Shown: positions 9,101 through 17,580, numbered from the stretch's first letter. The stretch is DNA of 32,000 nucleotides from Crocosphaera subtropica ATCC 51142 (GCF_000017845.1 NC_010546.1:1770001-1802000), one strand, 5' to 3'. Translations and numbers: made by a program. The notes: generated by a model from the sequence alone, not told the origin.

Positions 9101-9637
9101 TTAATAAGCGTCTTGTAACTCGTAAAAATCAGGGGAAACATAATCCTTTCGTAAAGGCCAACCGACCCAATCTTCCGGCATCAAAATGCGTTTGAGATCA
9201 GGATGACCATCGTAGATAATGCCATACATATCATAGCTTTCTCGTTCTTGCCAATCGGCCGCTTTCCAGATCCAGTAAACGGAAGGAATATGGGGGTTAT
9301 CTCTGGGTAAAAAGACTTTAATGCGAACTTCTTCAGCTTGCTCGCAGTTATCGCTCACTTTGATCAAATGATAGAAGCTAACCAGTTCTTTCCCAGGTCC
9401 GAGATCATAAGCTCCCTGACATTGTAAATAATTAAACCCGTAGGCGTATAAAGCAGTACAGAGGGGGACCAAAAAGTCGGGGGATACCTTAATTAACTCA
9501 ACCCCTAGATGATCCGGTTCAAGTAAGTCATGGTCGAAACCATTTTCGGTTAACCAACTCGACACCGGGCCAGCTTGTACGATCGCAGCTTCTTCTTCTT
9601 GTTCTGGGGCGTTATCTTGGGTATTTTCATCAACCAT
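9101..9637 (-). CDS. ndhJ: NAD(P)H-quinone oxidoreductase (NDH-1) subunit J
   Basis: 178 aa, NuoC/NdhJ-like ([27 protein letters not shown]). It lies last in the ndhC-K-J order. Confidence 0.95.
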   Translation of the reverse strand: MVDENTQDNAPEQEEEAAIVQAGPVSSWLTENGFDHDLLEPDHLGVELIKVSPDFLVPLCTALYAYGFNYLQCQGAYDLGPGKELVSFYHLIKVSDNCEQAEEVRIKVFLPRDNPHIPSVYWIWKAADWQERESYDMYGIIYDGHPDLKRILMPEDWVGWPLRKDYVSPDFYELQDAY

Positions 9638-9638
9638 A

Positions 9639-10382
9639 TTATGCTTCCTCTTTCTGTTTTTGGGATGCTAAAGCGGGGGGAACTTCCATACCGATCGCTT
9701 CTGTCAATTCTTTGGGAGGCGCTTGACGGGTAGGAGTTGCCAAATATTTCCCAGTCAAAATGGGAGAAACCGCTTTCATATTGTGGGGCGTACTATAGTA
9801 ACGGTGGGTTTGTTCCATTACGGTAGACCGTTCCTGGATAGTCTCATTAGAGACTTTTTTACGCAGTTTGATGATAGCGTCAAAAATGGCTTCGGGACGG
9901 GGAGGACAACCCGGAATATAAACATCGACGGGAATTAATTTATCGACACCTCTAACGGCGGTTGTGGAGTCGCTACTGAACATTCCCCCAGTGATGGTAC
10001 AAGCACCCATAGCAATCACATATTTAGGGTCGGGCATTTCTTCGTAAAGACGCACCAAAGCAGGGGCCATCTTCATGGTAATCGTTCCGGCAGTGATAAT
10101 TAAATCCGCTTGTCGGGGGCTAGAACGGGGAACAAGGCCAAAACGGTCAAAATCGAAGCGAGAGCCGATGAGGGCTGCAAATTCGATGAAACAACAAGCG
10201 GTTCCGTATAACAAGGGCCACAAACTGGATAATCTAGCCCAGTTGTGTAGATCGTCTACAGTGGTTAAGATGATATTTTCTGACAAATCTTGTGTCACTT
10301 GGCCACGGGCAGCCGGGTTAAGAATTTTTTCCTTTTGCAACTGCTCAATGGCGGATAGATCGGAGGTTGGGTTCGGACTCAT
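9639..10382 (-). CDS. ndhK: NAD(P)H-quinone oxidoreductase (NDH-1) subunit K
   Basis: 247 aa, NuoB-like. The Fe-S ligand motifs [18 protein letters not shown] and PGCPPRPE are present. Confidence 0.95.
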   Translation of the reverse strand: MSPNPTSDLSAIEQLQKEKILNPAARGQVTQDLSENIILTTVDDLHNWARLSSLWPLLYGTACCFIEFAALIGSRFDFDRFGLVPRSSPRQADLIITAGTITMKMAPALVRLYEEMPDPKYVIAMGACTITGGMFSSDSTTAVRGVDKLIPVDVYIPGCPPRPEAIFDAIIKLRKKVSNETIQERSTVMEQTHRYYSTPHNMKAVSPILTGKYLATPTRQAPPKELTEAIGMEVPPALASQKQKEEA

Positions 10383-10433
10383 AAGAGATTTAATGATGAA
10401 CTACAATCGTCGATTGATAATAATTGCTAGGTT

Positions 10434-10796
10434 TTACGACCATTCTAACGCGCCTTTCCGCCAGGCATAAACCAGGGCGACAACTAGAATGGCGATAAAG
10501 ATTAAGGCTTCGACAAAGGCTAATAAACCTAAGCGACTAAAAGCAACGGCCCAAGGGTAGAGAAAGACGGTTTCTACGTCGAATACCACGAATACGAGAG
10601 CAAACATATAATAACGGATATTGAATTGAATCCAAGCCCCGCCGATGGGTTCCATTCCTGACTCGTAGGTGGTGCGTCTTTCAGGTCCGCCACCACTGGG
10701 TCGCAAGATTTTTGAGGCGGTTAAGGCGAGAATGGGGATTAAACTACAAGCGAGTAGAAAACCCAAGACATATTCGTAACCATTGAGTACAAACAC
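10434..10796 (-). CDS. ndhC: NAD(P)H-quinone oxidoreductase (NDH-1) subunit 3 (C)
   Basis: 120 aa, NuoA-like with three transmembrane segments. The GTG start at 10796 gives the N-terminus MFVLNGYEY typical of NdhC. Confidence 0.95.
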   Translation of the reverse strand: MFVLNGYEYVLGFLLACSLIPILALTASKILRPSGGGPERRTTYESGMEPIGGAWIQFNIRYYMFALVFVVFDVETVFLYPWAVAFSRLGLLAFVEALIFIAILVVALVYAWRKGALEWS

Positions 10797-10918
10797 TGTT
10801 TTTGATTAACTCCTCTCGATGTTCTAAATTTTCCTAATCTCTATTAAACCGTAAACTCTACAAAAATAACCCTAAGAAAGTGTTGCTATGTCATTGCTTC
10901 CTATCAAATTTAAGTTAG

Positions 10919-11176
10919 TTAATATTTGGATTCATCAGATATATAGTATTTTCCTTCCTTTTCTAACCATCTAGCCATTGCCCATGCTTCTTGAAATCTT
11001 ATATTTGCCATAGTCATACCATAATCTCGACATAAATGCTCAAACTCTTGATATGTAGCTGGTTGTTTAGTAAATAACAACCACATCAGTGCTGCTTCTG
11101 CTGTTAAATCTGTTAATCCGCCTTTTATGTGAGAGGATCGTCGGATAACATTGCATCTTCGACAACGTAAGGTCAT
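10919..11176 (-). CDS. small hypothetical protein (85 aa from ATG 11176; the track's 105-aa version starts at TTG 11236)
   Basis: An open frame in very AT-rich DNA, divergent from the beta-class methyltransferase. It starts MTLRCRRCNVIRRSSHIKGG. No family recognised. Confidence 0.4.
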   Translation of the reverse strand: MTLRCRRCNVIRRSSHIKGGLTDLTAEAALMWLLFTKQPATYQEFEHLCRDYGMTMANIRFQEAWAMARWLEKEGKYYISDESKY

Positions 11177-11361
11177 ATTTGGCAATTTATCAGCATCATC
11201 TCCTAACTGTTGTCTAGGTACTATGACAAGATACAAAAATTGACTTAATTATTGAATCTATATTTTGTTCCTATATTTATTATATTTTTGATGAAAAAAA
11301 TGTTCATACAATTCTCAACCAAGATTGTCAGAAAAAGTATTTTAATAATTATTGGCAACAT

Positions 11362-13044
11362 TTGAAGTATTTTCATGATGTACAAACTTCAAGAAAAAAA
11401 GGATTAGTGATTTTAAGTATTGATAGTATTATTCAAGAAATAAAAAATTATGACGAAATTTTAGAAGTAGTTTTTTCTCTTATAGTAAGTGCTTATTTTC
11501 AGTTGACGAATCATTGTTATTTAGCAATTATTGTTGAGCAAGTTCATCCTAATAAATGGCAATTAATTTCCGATATAACAATTTTTTGTGAAAAATTTTT
11601 AGAACACCCAATAGATCGTAGTTATTTTAGATGGCGTAAAGTGGCAGAAGAAACCTTAGAATATATTGAAAACTTAAACGATAATGTTTATAATTTTAAA
11701 CATGGGAATGAAGGACTAACCTATAAAGATTGTTACCTAGTGTATAAAAATAATAGGGAAAAGTGCGTTCTTCTCTTTGAAAAAAATGAAAGAGATGAAA
11801 GACCTGTTCCATGTCCACAATGCAGAACACTAAAAATTCAAGGTCATTCTTATCCTACTATTGGTGTCAGAAGTTGGGAGTGTAAAAATATTTTTTGTGG
11901 ATATAAAAGTAAATATAATCGAGGAAAAAGATATTCTTTATCTTCAATCATAAGGCAACAAGCTATTTTAGATAGTCAAAATTTTATTGATCCAAAAATA
12001 TTAAAAAATTGGAGAAGAGATATTGTAGAAGTATCATCATTTTCTGAAATTTATGATTTTCTTATTCAGTGTTATTCTCTTTATGATGATACAATTTTAA
12101 TTTACGAAAAATTGTGTCAACTACCTCCATTAATGTTCGGAAGAAAGTTGAAAATTCAAAAAGTAAATAAGCTGATTTCTAGTCAGTGGAGAAATCATTA
12201 TCATAATCTGAAATTTTTCAAAAGATTTTTAATTAAAAAATCTATGAAAAGTCTGACTTCAAGAGAAAATTTATCTTCTATCCCAGAAATCACTTTATAT
12301 CAAGGAGATTCTTTTAACATACTCTCACAATTAGAATCTAATTACTTAGGTGGTGCTGTAACATCACCGCCTTATTATAATGCTAGAAATTACTCACAAT
12401 GGAGTAATATATATTGTTATTTATATGATATGTATAATATTTTCAATCAAGTTTATCGATGCTTAAAAGAAGGTTCTCCCCTATTAATTAACATTTTTGA
12501 CTATTTTGATAATGAAAAAATTATTGTTTTTTCTGATATGGGTAAAAAAAGATTAATTTTAAGTAGTTATATAAGTTTTATTTGCCGTTATATAGGATTT
12601 AATCATTTAGGTAATATTGCTTGGGATAAAGGAGAAATTGAAGGAAATAGAAATTTCAATCAAGGAAATTACTCACCTTATTATCAGGCACCGCATAATT
12701 GCTGGGAACATATCTTGATTTTTTCTAAAGGAAATCCTAGTTTTGACGTAACAAAAATTCCAAAAATAATCAAGGAAAAACCTATTACTAAAATAGTAAA
12801 AGGGAAAAATATTTATGGACATACTGCACCTTTTCCTGAGAAAGTACCCAGTTTACTATTTTCATTAATTACTAAAGATGAAATTATCTTAGATCCTTTT
12901 ACGGGTAGTATGACAACGGGAAGAGTTGCTCTCAAATATGGGATAAAATCAATCAATATTGAACTACACAAACACTACTGTGATTTAGCGTTAAACTTAT
13001 TGAAACAACAACTGTCTAAAAATTTACAAGGCAGTTTATTTTAA
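11362..13044 (+). CDS. beta-class DNA methyltransferase (SPPY type, probably N4-cytosine or N6-adenine) with a ~294-aa N-terminal extension containing a zinc ribbon
   Basis: Motif IV TSPPYYNARNY (SPPY at 12364-12375) precedes the AdoMet motif I ILDPFTGSMTTG (12892-12921) and HTAPFPEKVP. That order is the beta permutation. The N-terminal extension carries CPQC...x19...CKNIFC (11812-11898). The only start candidate is TTG 11362, with no in-frame ATG until codon 258. Confidence 0.85.
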   Translation: MKYFHDVQTSRKKGLVILSIDSIIQEIKNYDEILEVVFSLIVSAYFQLTNHCYLAIIVEQVHPNKWQLISDITIFCEKFLEHPIDRSYFRWRKVAEETLEYIENLNDNVYNFKHGNEGLTYKDCYLVYKNNREKCVLLFEKNERDERPVPCPQCRTLKIQGHSYPTIGVRSWECKNIFCGYKSKYNRGKRYSLSSIIRQQAILDSQNFIDPKILKNWRRDIVEVSSFSEIYDFLIQCYSLYDDTILIYEKLCQLPPLMFGRKLKIQKVNKLISSQWRNHYHNLKFFKRFLIKKSMKSLTSRENLSSIPEITLYQGDSFNILSQLESNYLGGAVTSPPYYNARNYSQWSNIYCYLYDMYNIFNQVYRCLKEGSPLLINIFDYFDNEKIIVFSDMGKKRLILSSYISFICRYIGFNHLGNIAWDKGEIEGNRNFNQGNYSPYYQAPHNCWEHILIFSKGNPSFDVTKIPKIIKEKPITKIVKGKNIYGHTAPFPEKVPSLLFSLITKDEIILDPFTGSMTTGRVALKYGIKSINIELHKHYCDLALNLLKQQLSKNLQGSLF

Positions 13045-13745
13045 GAGTTAATAGTACAATAAGTTTTAATCTTTCCCCAAATTTCAGGAATCCTATCAGT
13101 TAGTCCGTGATCACTATCAAGTTCTATTAATTTAACCCATTCTCTTGTTTTAGCATAGTTATAACTTGATTCAATGGGGATAACTTCATCATTTTTACCA
13201 TGAAAGATTAAGGTAGGAATGGGATACTTTAAAGCTGTTTCGTCATAGGTTTGTCCATCAATAATAAATTGATAACTTAAGGGTAATTCTTGCTCATATC
13301 CATAATGATAAATAGATAATTCTCTTTGTGTTTTCCAAATATTTAAAGTATCTTGGTTTAAATTTTCTAACCAATTTGTAAAAAAATTAAAAGCAGGGGC
13401 TAACAAAATTAATTGCTTGACTTTTTCGCATTTTTCTGCTGTCCAAGCTGCGGTTAATCCTCCTAAACTTGATCCTATTAAAATAACAGGATTTTGCTCA
13501 TTTTCTATATAAGTTGATATTTGTTTAATTTGTCGGGTTAAGGTTAGATGATAAAAATCGTTTTGATTCAAATCAGGGATAATTAAAGGAATATTTTCAG
13601 TAGCAAAAAGATCCTTGAATTTTTGAGCTTTAATAGACTGGGGACTAGAGGCAAATCCATGCAAGTAAATATATTTTGATTGATGATTTAACATATAGTG
13701 ATACAAAAATTGGTTAGAACATTTTTTGTGTGTTTCAACTGTCAT
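13041..13745 (-). CDS. alpha/beta-hydrolase, YqiA/UPF0227-like esterase
   Basis: YLHGFASSP, the nucleophile elbow GSSLGG, HGKNDEVIP and DSDHGL give a Ser-Asp-His triad arrangement. An alternative start is ATG 13694. Its stop overlaps the stop of the convergent methyltransferase (TTAA at 13041-13044). Confidence 0.8.
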   Translation of the reverse strand: MTVETHKKCSNQFLYHYMLNHQSKYIYLHGFASSPQSIKAQKFKDLFATENIPLIIPDLNQNDFYHLTLTRQIKQISTYIENEQNPVILIGSSLGGLTAAWTAEKCEKVKQLILLAPAFNFFTNWLENLNQDTLNIWKTQRELSIYHYGYEQELPLSYQFIIDGQTYDETALKYPIPTLIFHGKNDEVIPIESSYNYAKTREWVKLIELDSDHGLTDRIPEIWGKIKTYCTINS

Positions 13746-13792
13746 TCCGAGGAATAAGGAATCTCCACGCCCTCGTAATCATAATGAGTAAT

Positions 13793-15346
13793 TTATCTGT
13801 TAATTATTGATTTGATTAATTTATTACTCATTAAAATGGCTTCTTTTTCATCTATTTTAACAAGTTCGAGAATCTCATTAACTTTTTGTTTATCCATCGC
13901 ATTAAATTGGTCTATATTAGGACAATAACTATTATTCAAGTCTCCTGGTTCAAATTTATCTAAGTTATTACCATAGCTTCTTTTATTCATTTTAATAATA
14001 TCCTGTCCAACATCACTGATTAAATAGATAAATAGTTTGTCAATTAGATTAGTTCCGAAAATATTGGGATAAAAACCATGATAGCAAGTAAAATTAATGG
14101 CATCAGTAAAATTACGAATCACTTTCAATCTTCCTCGATTAAAAACGCTGAATAAAATAGGCGCAGGTTCTCGTTTTTCTTGTTTATACCAAGGTTGTCT
14201 ATTTTTGGTTAAATATCTTTGATGATAACCTTTTTCTTCTCCTATTTTAATATAGTTGATTACTGATTGAGTGTTTGTTTCTTTTACATCTAAACAATAA
14301 ATAGGTTTATCTTGTTTAATCAGTAATTCTAAGTCATCATCAGTAAAAATAGCTTTCTTGATTAGATTACTTTTAGTGATACATAAACAAACATTATTAT
14401 CATTAAGTTGTAATTGTTCAATTTGACTTTTAGTTAACGCAAAGAAATCATTTGCACCGGTGGCAATACCTCGCTTAAATGTACCATATTCCAACAGTTT
14501 ACAGAAACCTTCAGGAATTTTTTGATCTGAAACTAAAGATAAAATAATCGGTGTCCATTTTTTCTGGGGAGGTAATTGACTATTATTTAATTGACGATGA
14601 TAATAGTTACTAATGTTAGCTATTTCTTTAATTTCTTGAGTATTATTAATGTTCGTTATTTTAATATCTTGTTTAAGTTGATCATTTTGACATAATAAAA
14701 TACAAATAGTAGTCGTTGCATCGGGAAAAATATCTTTTTCGTTAGCAAAAATAATAATCTGTTTTAATAAATAATTTTCTATGAGTGTTTGTTTTATTTC
14801 TTTTCCATATCCTGTATTAAAAAATTCAAAAGGAAGAATAAAAGCAAGTCTTCCATTAAGATTGAGTTGTTGTAATGCTTTGATAAGAAAAATAGAAGCA
14901 ATGTTTGAATATCCACCTAATTTTTTACCAATTTGTTGTTCTATTTTTGGGAGTATATCATGTCTATTGATAAATTTTTGAAACCGCATATAAGGAGGGT
15001 TACAAATAATTGCATCATAATAGTTTATCTCGGATGCTAAATAGTCTTGATTTAAAATAGTAATATTATTATTGTTTTCAATATTATCTAAATAACTAAG
15101 TATATTATCATCAATTTCGTAAGCGGTAAAATGCCATTGATATTGTAACTTTATTTGGCTAATTTCTTCATAAAAAACACCTAAACCAAAAGCAGGGTCA
15201 AGTATTGTTTGGGGTTTGTTTTCTGTTACCCATTTAGTCATCATTTTAGCAACTAAAGAAGGTGTAAAAAATTGCCCATACTCTTTTCTATAATTAATAG
15301 GAGTTTCTAAAATATAATCAGATTCATACATTTCATTTTTACCCAT
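13793..15346 (-). CDS. gamma-class N6-adenine DNA methyltransferase (Eco57I/TaqI-like, with a C-terminal target-recognition region)
   Basis: 517 aa. GQFFTPSLVAKMM, AdoMet motif I ILDPAFGLGVF, then motif IV CNPPYMRF. I verified NPPY as AAC CCT CCT TAT on the minus strand at 14990-15001. Confidence 0.85.
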   Translation of the reverse strand: MGKNEMYESDYILETPINYRKEYGQFFTPSLVAKMMTKWVTENKPQTILDPAFGLGVFYEEISQIKLQYQWHFTAYEIDDNILSYLDNIENNNNITILNQDYLASEINYYDAIICNPPYMRFQKFINRHDILPKIEQQIGKKLGGYSNIASIFLIKALQQLNLNGRLAFILPFEFFNTGYGKEIKQTLIENYLLKQIIIFANEKDIFPDATTTICILLCQNDQLKQDIKITNINNTQEIKEIANISNYYHRQLNNSQLPPQKKWTPIILSLVSDQKIPEGFCKLLEYGTFKRGIATGANDFFALTKSQIEQLQLNDNNVCLCITKSNLIKKAIFTDDDLELLIKQDKPIYCLDVKETNTQSVINYIKIGEEKGYHQRYLTKNRQPWYKQEKREPAPILFSVFNRGRLKVIRNFTDAINFTCYHGFYPNIFGTNLIDKLFIYLISDVGQDIIKMNKRSYGNNLDKFEPGDLNNSYCPNIDQFNAMDKQKVNEILELVKIDEKEAILMSNKLIKSIINR

Positions 15347-15459
15347 ATAAGTGATTATAAGGTGGGAAATACTAAGAAAACGCTTACCAACTCTAGCAAG
15401 AAACTCTTTAAGACATTTCTCACCCTCCCAGTTTTATCTATTTAATTATGTTTACCTAC

Positions 15460-16299
15460 CTAATTCATACGATAAGCTTTAGGAGTCATGCCAGTTAATT
15501 GTCGAAACTGTTTACTCAAATGACTGTGACTACTAAACCCACAATTTAAAGCAATATCTAGAATAGATTGATTAGTTTGCTTTAATAATTGTTTAGCCCG
15601 TTCTATTCGTTGCTCGATTAAGTATTGATGAGGAGATAAGCCAATAGATTGCTTGAATAAACGACTAAAATGAAATTGACTAATATCAAGTAATTGCGCT
15701 AAATTTTCTAGTTTAATATTTTCGTCAAGATGAGCATCAATATAGTCAAAAACTTGGCTGAGTTGATAAGGGGATAATCCTCCTTGATAAGTTGGTAATA
15801 TAGGTTTAGTTGTGCTATGATTTCGGATAAGATTTACCGCTAAAATATTAGCTAAAGAGTCAAAATAAAGTTGATTGTTAGACACTTCTTTTTGACATTC
15901 TTCAAGCAGCATCATCGTAATTCCTTGAATATGGGAATCATGCACCTGAAATTGAGGAATAAGTTGAAAAAAGTTACTATCACCATTAATGGTTTCTTGA
16001 GCAATATTCTGTAAAAACTCGGTTTTAATTTGAATCTGTAAACAATTTTCTTGACCTTTCCATTGAACAAATAAAGGGACATTAGCAGGGGTAATCAATA
16101 GTTCCCCAGGACGATATAACCCGTTGTAACTCACACCATCCTGAATCTGCAAATACTCCAGGGGACGTTGGGAGAGGGAGATAAATATAGTATGTTTATC
16201 CTGACAAAAATAGTTACCTTCTCCGGGTGGGTTGCGAAGGTGTTCAACGTGAATGTCTTCGGGCTGTTGCCTTTGTTTTGGTAAATGAGTCGGGTTCAT
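15460..16299 (-). CDS. AraC-family transcriptional regulator
   Basis: 279 aa. The C-terminal double HTH (LAQLLDISQFHFSRLFKQSIGLSPHQYL ... IALNCGFSSHSHLSKQFRQLTGMTPKAYR) is diagnostic for AraC/XylS. Confidence 0.9.
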   Translation of the reverse strand: MNPTHLPKQRQQPEDIHVEHLRNPPGEGNYFCQDKHTIFISLSQRPLEYLQIQDGVSYNGLYRPGELLITPANVPLFVQWKGQENCLQIQIKTEFLQNIAQETINGDSNFFQLIPQFQVHDSHIQGITMMLLEECQKEVSNNQLYFDSLANILAVNLIRNHSTTKPILPTYQGGLSPYQLSQVFDYIDAHLDENIKLENLAQLLDISQFHFSRLFKQSIGLSPHQYLIEQRIERAKQLLKQTNQSILDIALNCGFSSHSHLSKQFRQLTGMTPKAYRMN

Positions 16300-16429
16300 G
16301 CTTTTTGACTAAATTATAGGCAAGAAATTGAAAATTGACCGCAAGATTGTTCAAGTAAAGCAAGAATGAGATAGTTTCTCAACGAGAAAATCTCTAAGCT
16401 GAGATTGTTGTTACGAAAGAGAAATAACC

Positions 16430-17059
16430 ATGAAACTCGTCGTATTTGGCGCAACTGGCAATGTGGGTCAACAGGTAGTAAAACAAGCACTTGAACAAGG
16501 CCATGAGGTAACAGGGTTTGCACGAAACCCCCTCAAACTTGATATTAAGCACCCCAAACTGACGCTATTTCAGGGAGACGTGATGGACAGCGCAAGGGTA
16601 GAACAGGCACTACAAGGTCAAGACATAGTGGTGTGTACCTTGGGTTCTGGAAAAAAGTTAAGCGGGACAGTTCGCTCACAAGGCACTCAAAACATTATCC
16701 TAGCAATGAAAAAATGTGGGATGAAACGGTTAATCTGTCAAACGACGTTAGGACTGGGTGAGAGTTGGGGAAGTCTCAATTTTTACTGGAAATATATTAT
16801 GTTTGGATTCATTTTGCGGAATGTGTTTGCAGACCATCAACAACAAGAAGAGACGGTACAAAACAGTGGTTTAGAGTGGACGATTATTCGACCAGCAGCG
16901 TTTATAGACGGTGTGCGTACAGGGCAGTATCGGCACGGTTTTCCAGGAACGGATAAGACATCAAAACTGAAAATTACACCGGCTGATGTAGCAGATTTCA
17001 TTTTGAAGCAATTGGTTAATGATTTCTATCTTTATCAAGCCCCTAGTTTATCTTATTAA
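16430..17059 (+). CDS. NAD(P)H-binding (atypical SDR / flavin reductase BVR-B-like) protein
   Basis: 209 aa. Rossmann N-terminus MKLVVFGATGNVGQQVVKQAL. Overall length and layout fit the NAD(P)-binding PF13460-type family. Confidence 0.85.
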   Translation: MKLVVFGATGNVGQQVVKQALEQGHEVTGFARNPLKLDIKHPKLTLFQGDVMDSARVEQALQGQDIVVCTLGSGKKLSGTVRSQGTQNIILAMKKCGMKRLICQTTLGLGESWGSLNFYWKYIMFGFILRNVFADHQQQEETVQNSGLEWTIIRPAAFIDGVRTGQYRHGFPGTDKTSKLKITPADVADFILKQLVNDFYLYQAPSLSY

Positions 17060-17079
17060 ATTAATAAAAGGAGTTTTTC

Positions 17080-17580
17080 ATGTTAACAGACTTAATCTTA
17101 CCCATTGCCTTGAGTATGGCTACCCTTTTCTGTTCTTTGGTGGCTGGATTTTTGTTTGCTTTTGTGTTAGTAGTTATGCCTGGAATACAACGTTTAAACG
17201 ACCGAGAATTTATCCGTGCTTTTCAGGTAATAGATGGCATTATTCAGAACAATCAGCCAATTTTTGTCCTTGTTTGGGTTGGTTCAGTGGTATTTTTAAT
17301 CGCTTCTGCTGTGCTTGGTATTGGGCAATTGAACGAATTTGTCCCTCTGCTGATTATCTGTGCGTTGGTTTACATTTTTGGGGTTCAATTACCGACTTTC
17401 ATGATTAATGTTCCCTTGAATAATAAACTACAAACTTGGAATGTTATCAATATGAATGAAACCACATTAAAAACAGCACGTTTAAACTTTGAAATCCCTT
17501 GGAATCGATGGAATACAATCAGGACATTTTTTGCCTGTTTGACATCTACCTTGTTAATCATTCTACTATTAGAAATTTGA
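17080..17580 (+). CDS. DUF1772 (anthrone-oxygenase-like) membrane protein
   Basis: 166 aa with four hydrophobic segments. AGFLFAFVLVVMPGIQRLNDREFIRAFQVIDGIIQN matches the characteristic DUF1772 block. An AAAGGAG RBS lies 8 nt upstream. It starts 21 nt after the preceding gene, so it is probably co-transcribed. Confidence 0.75.
   Translation: MLTDLILPIALSMATLFCSLVAGFLFAFVLVVMPGIQRLNDREFIRAFQVIDGIIQNNQPIFVLVWVGSVVFLIASAVLGIGQLNEFVPLLIICALVYIFGVQLPTFMINVPLNNKLQTWNVINMNETTLKTARLNFEIPWNRWNTIRTFFACLTSTLLIILLLEI

Noticed and set aside
10075-10470. 131-aa plus-strand ORF overlapping ndhK and ndhC.
   Set aside because: It is antisense to two strongly conserved NDH-1 genes, and its Arg/Ser/Cys-rich composition is typical of shadow frames. 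No motif recognised.
11100-11176. Resemblance of MTLRCRRCNVIRRSSHIKGG to the CxxC...SSHI(K/T)KNG zinc-finger start of IS1-type InsA proteins.
   Set aside because: Only one Cys pair is present and the remainder shows no similarity I can recognise, so this is insufficient to call an IS remnant.
11362-11811. Possible PD-(D/E)xK nuclease motif in the N-terminal extension of the SPPY methyltransferase (for example SID...QEIK around residues 19-28, or YKD...EKC around 121-135).
   Set aside because: The spacing and predicted secondary-structure context do not fit, and such short patterns occur by chance. The question is left open pending profile or structure searches rather than called.
16314-16523. 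69-aa minus-strand ORF across the AraC / NAD(P)-binding intergenic region.
   Set aside because: It overlaps the Rossmann-fold start of the NAD(P)-binding gene in antisense and has no RBS or motif, so it is spurious.
17019-17408. 129-aa plus-strand ORF overlapping the end of the NAD(P)-binding gene and the DUF1772 gene.
   Set aside because: It is a different frame of the DUF1772 gene. The DUF1772 gene has its own strong RBS and family-typical motifs.
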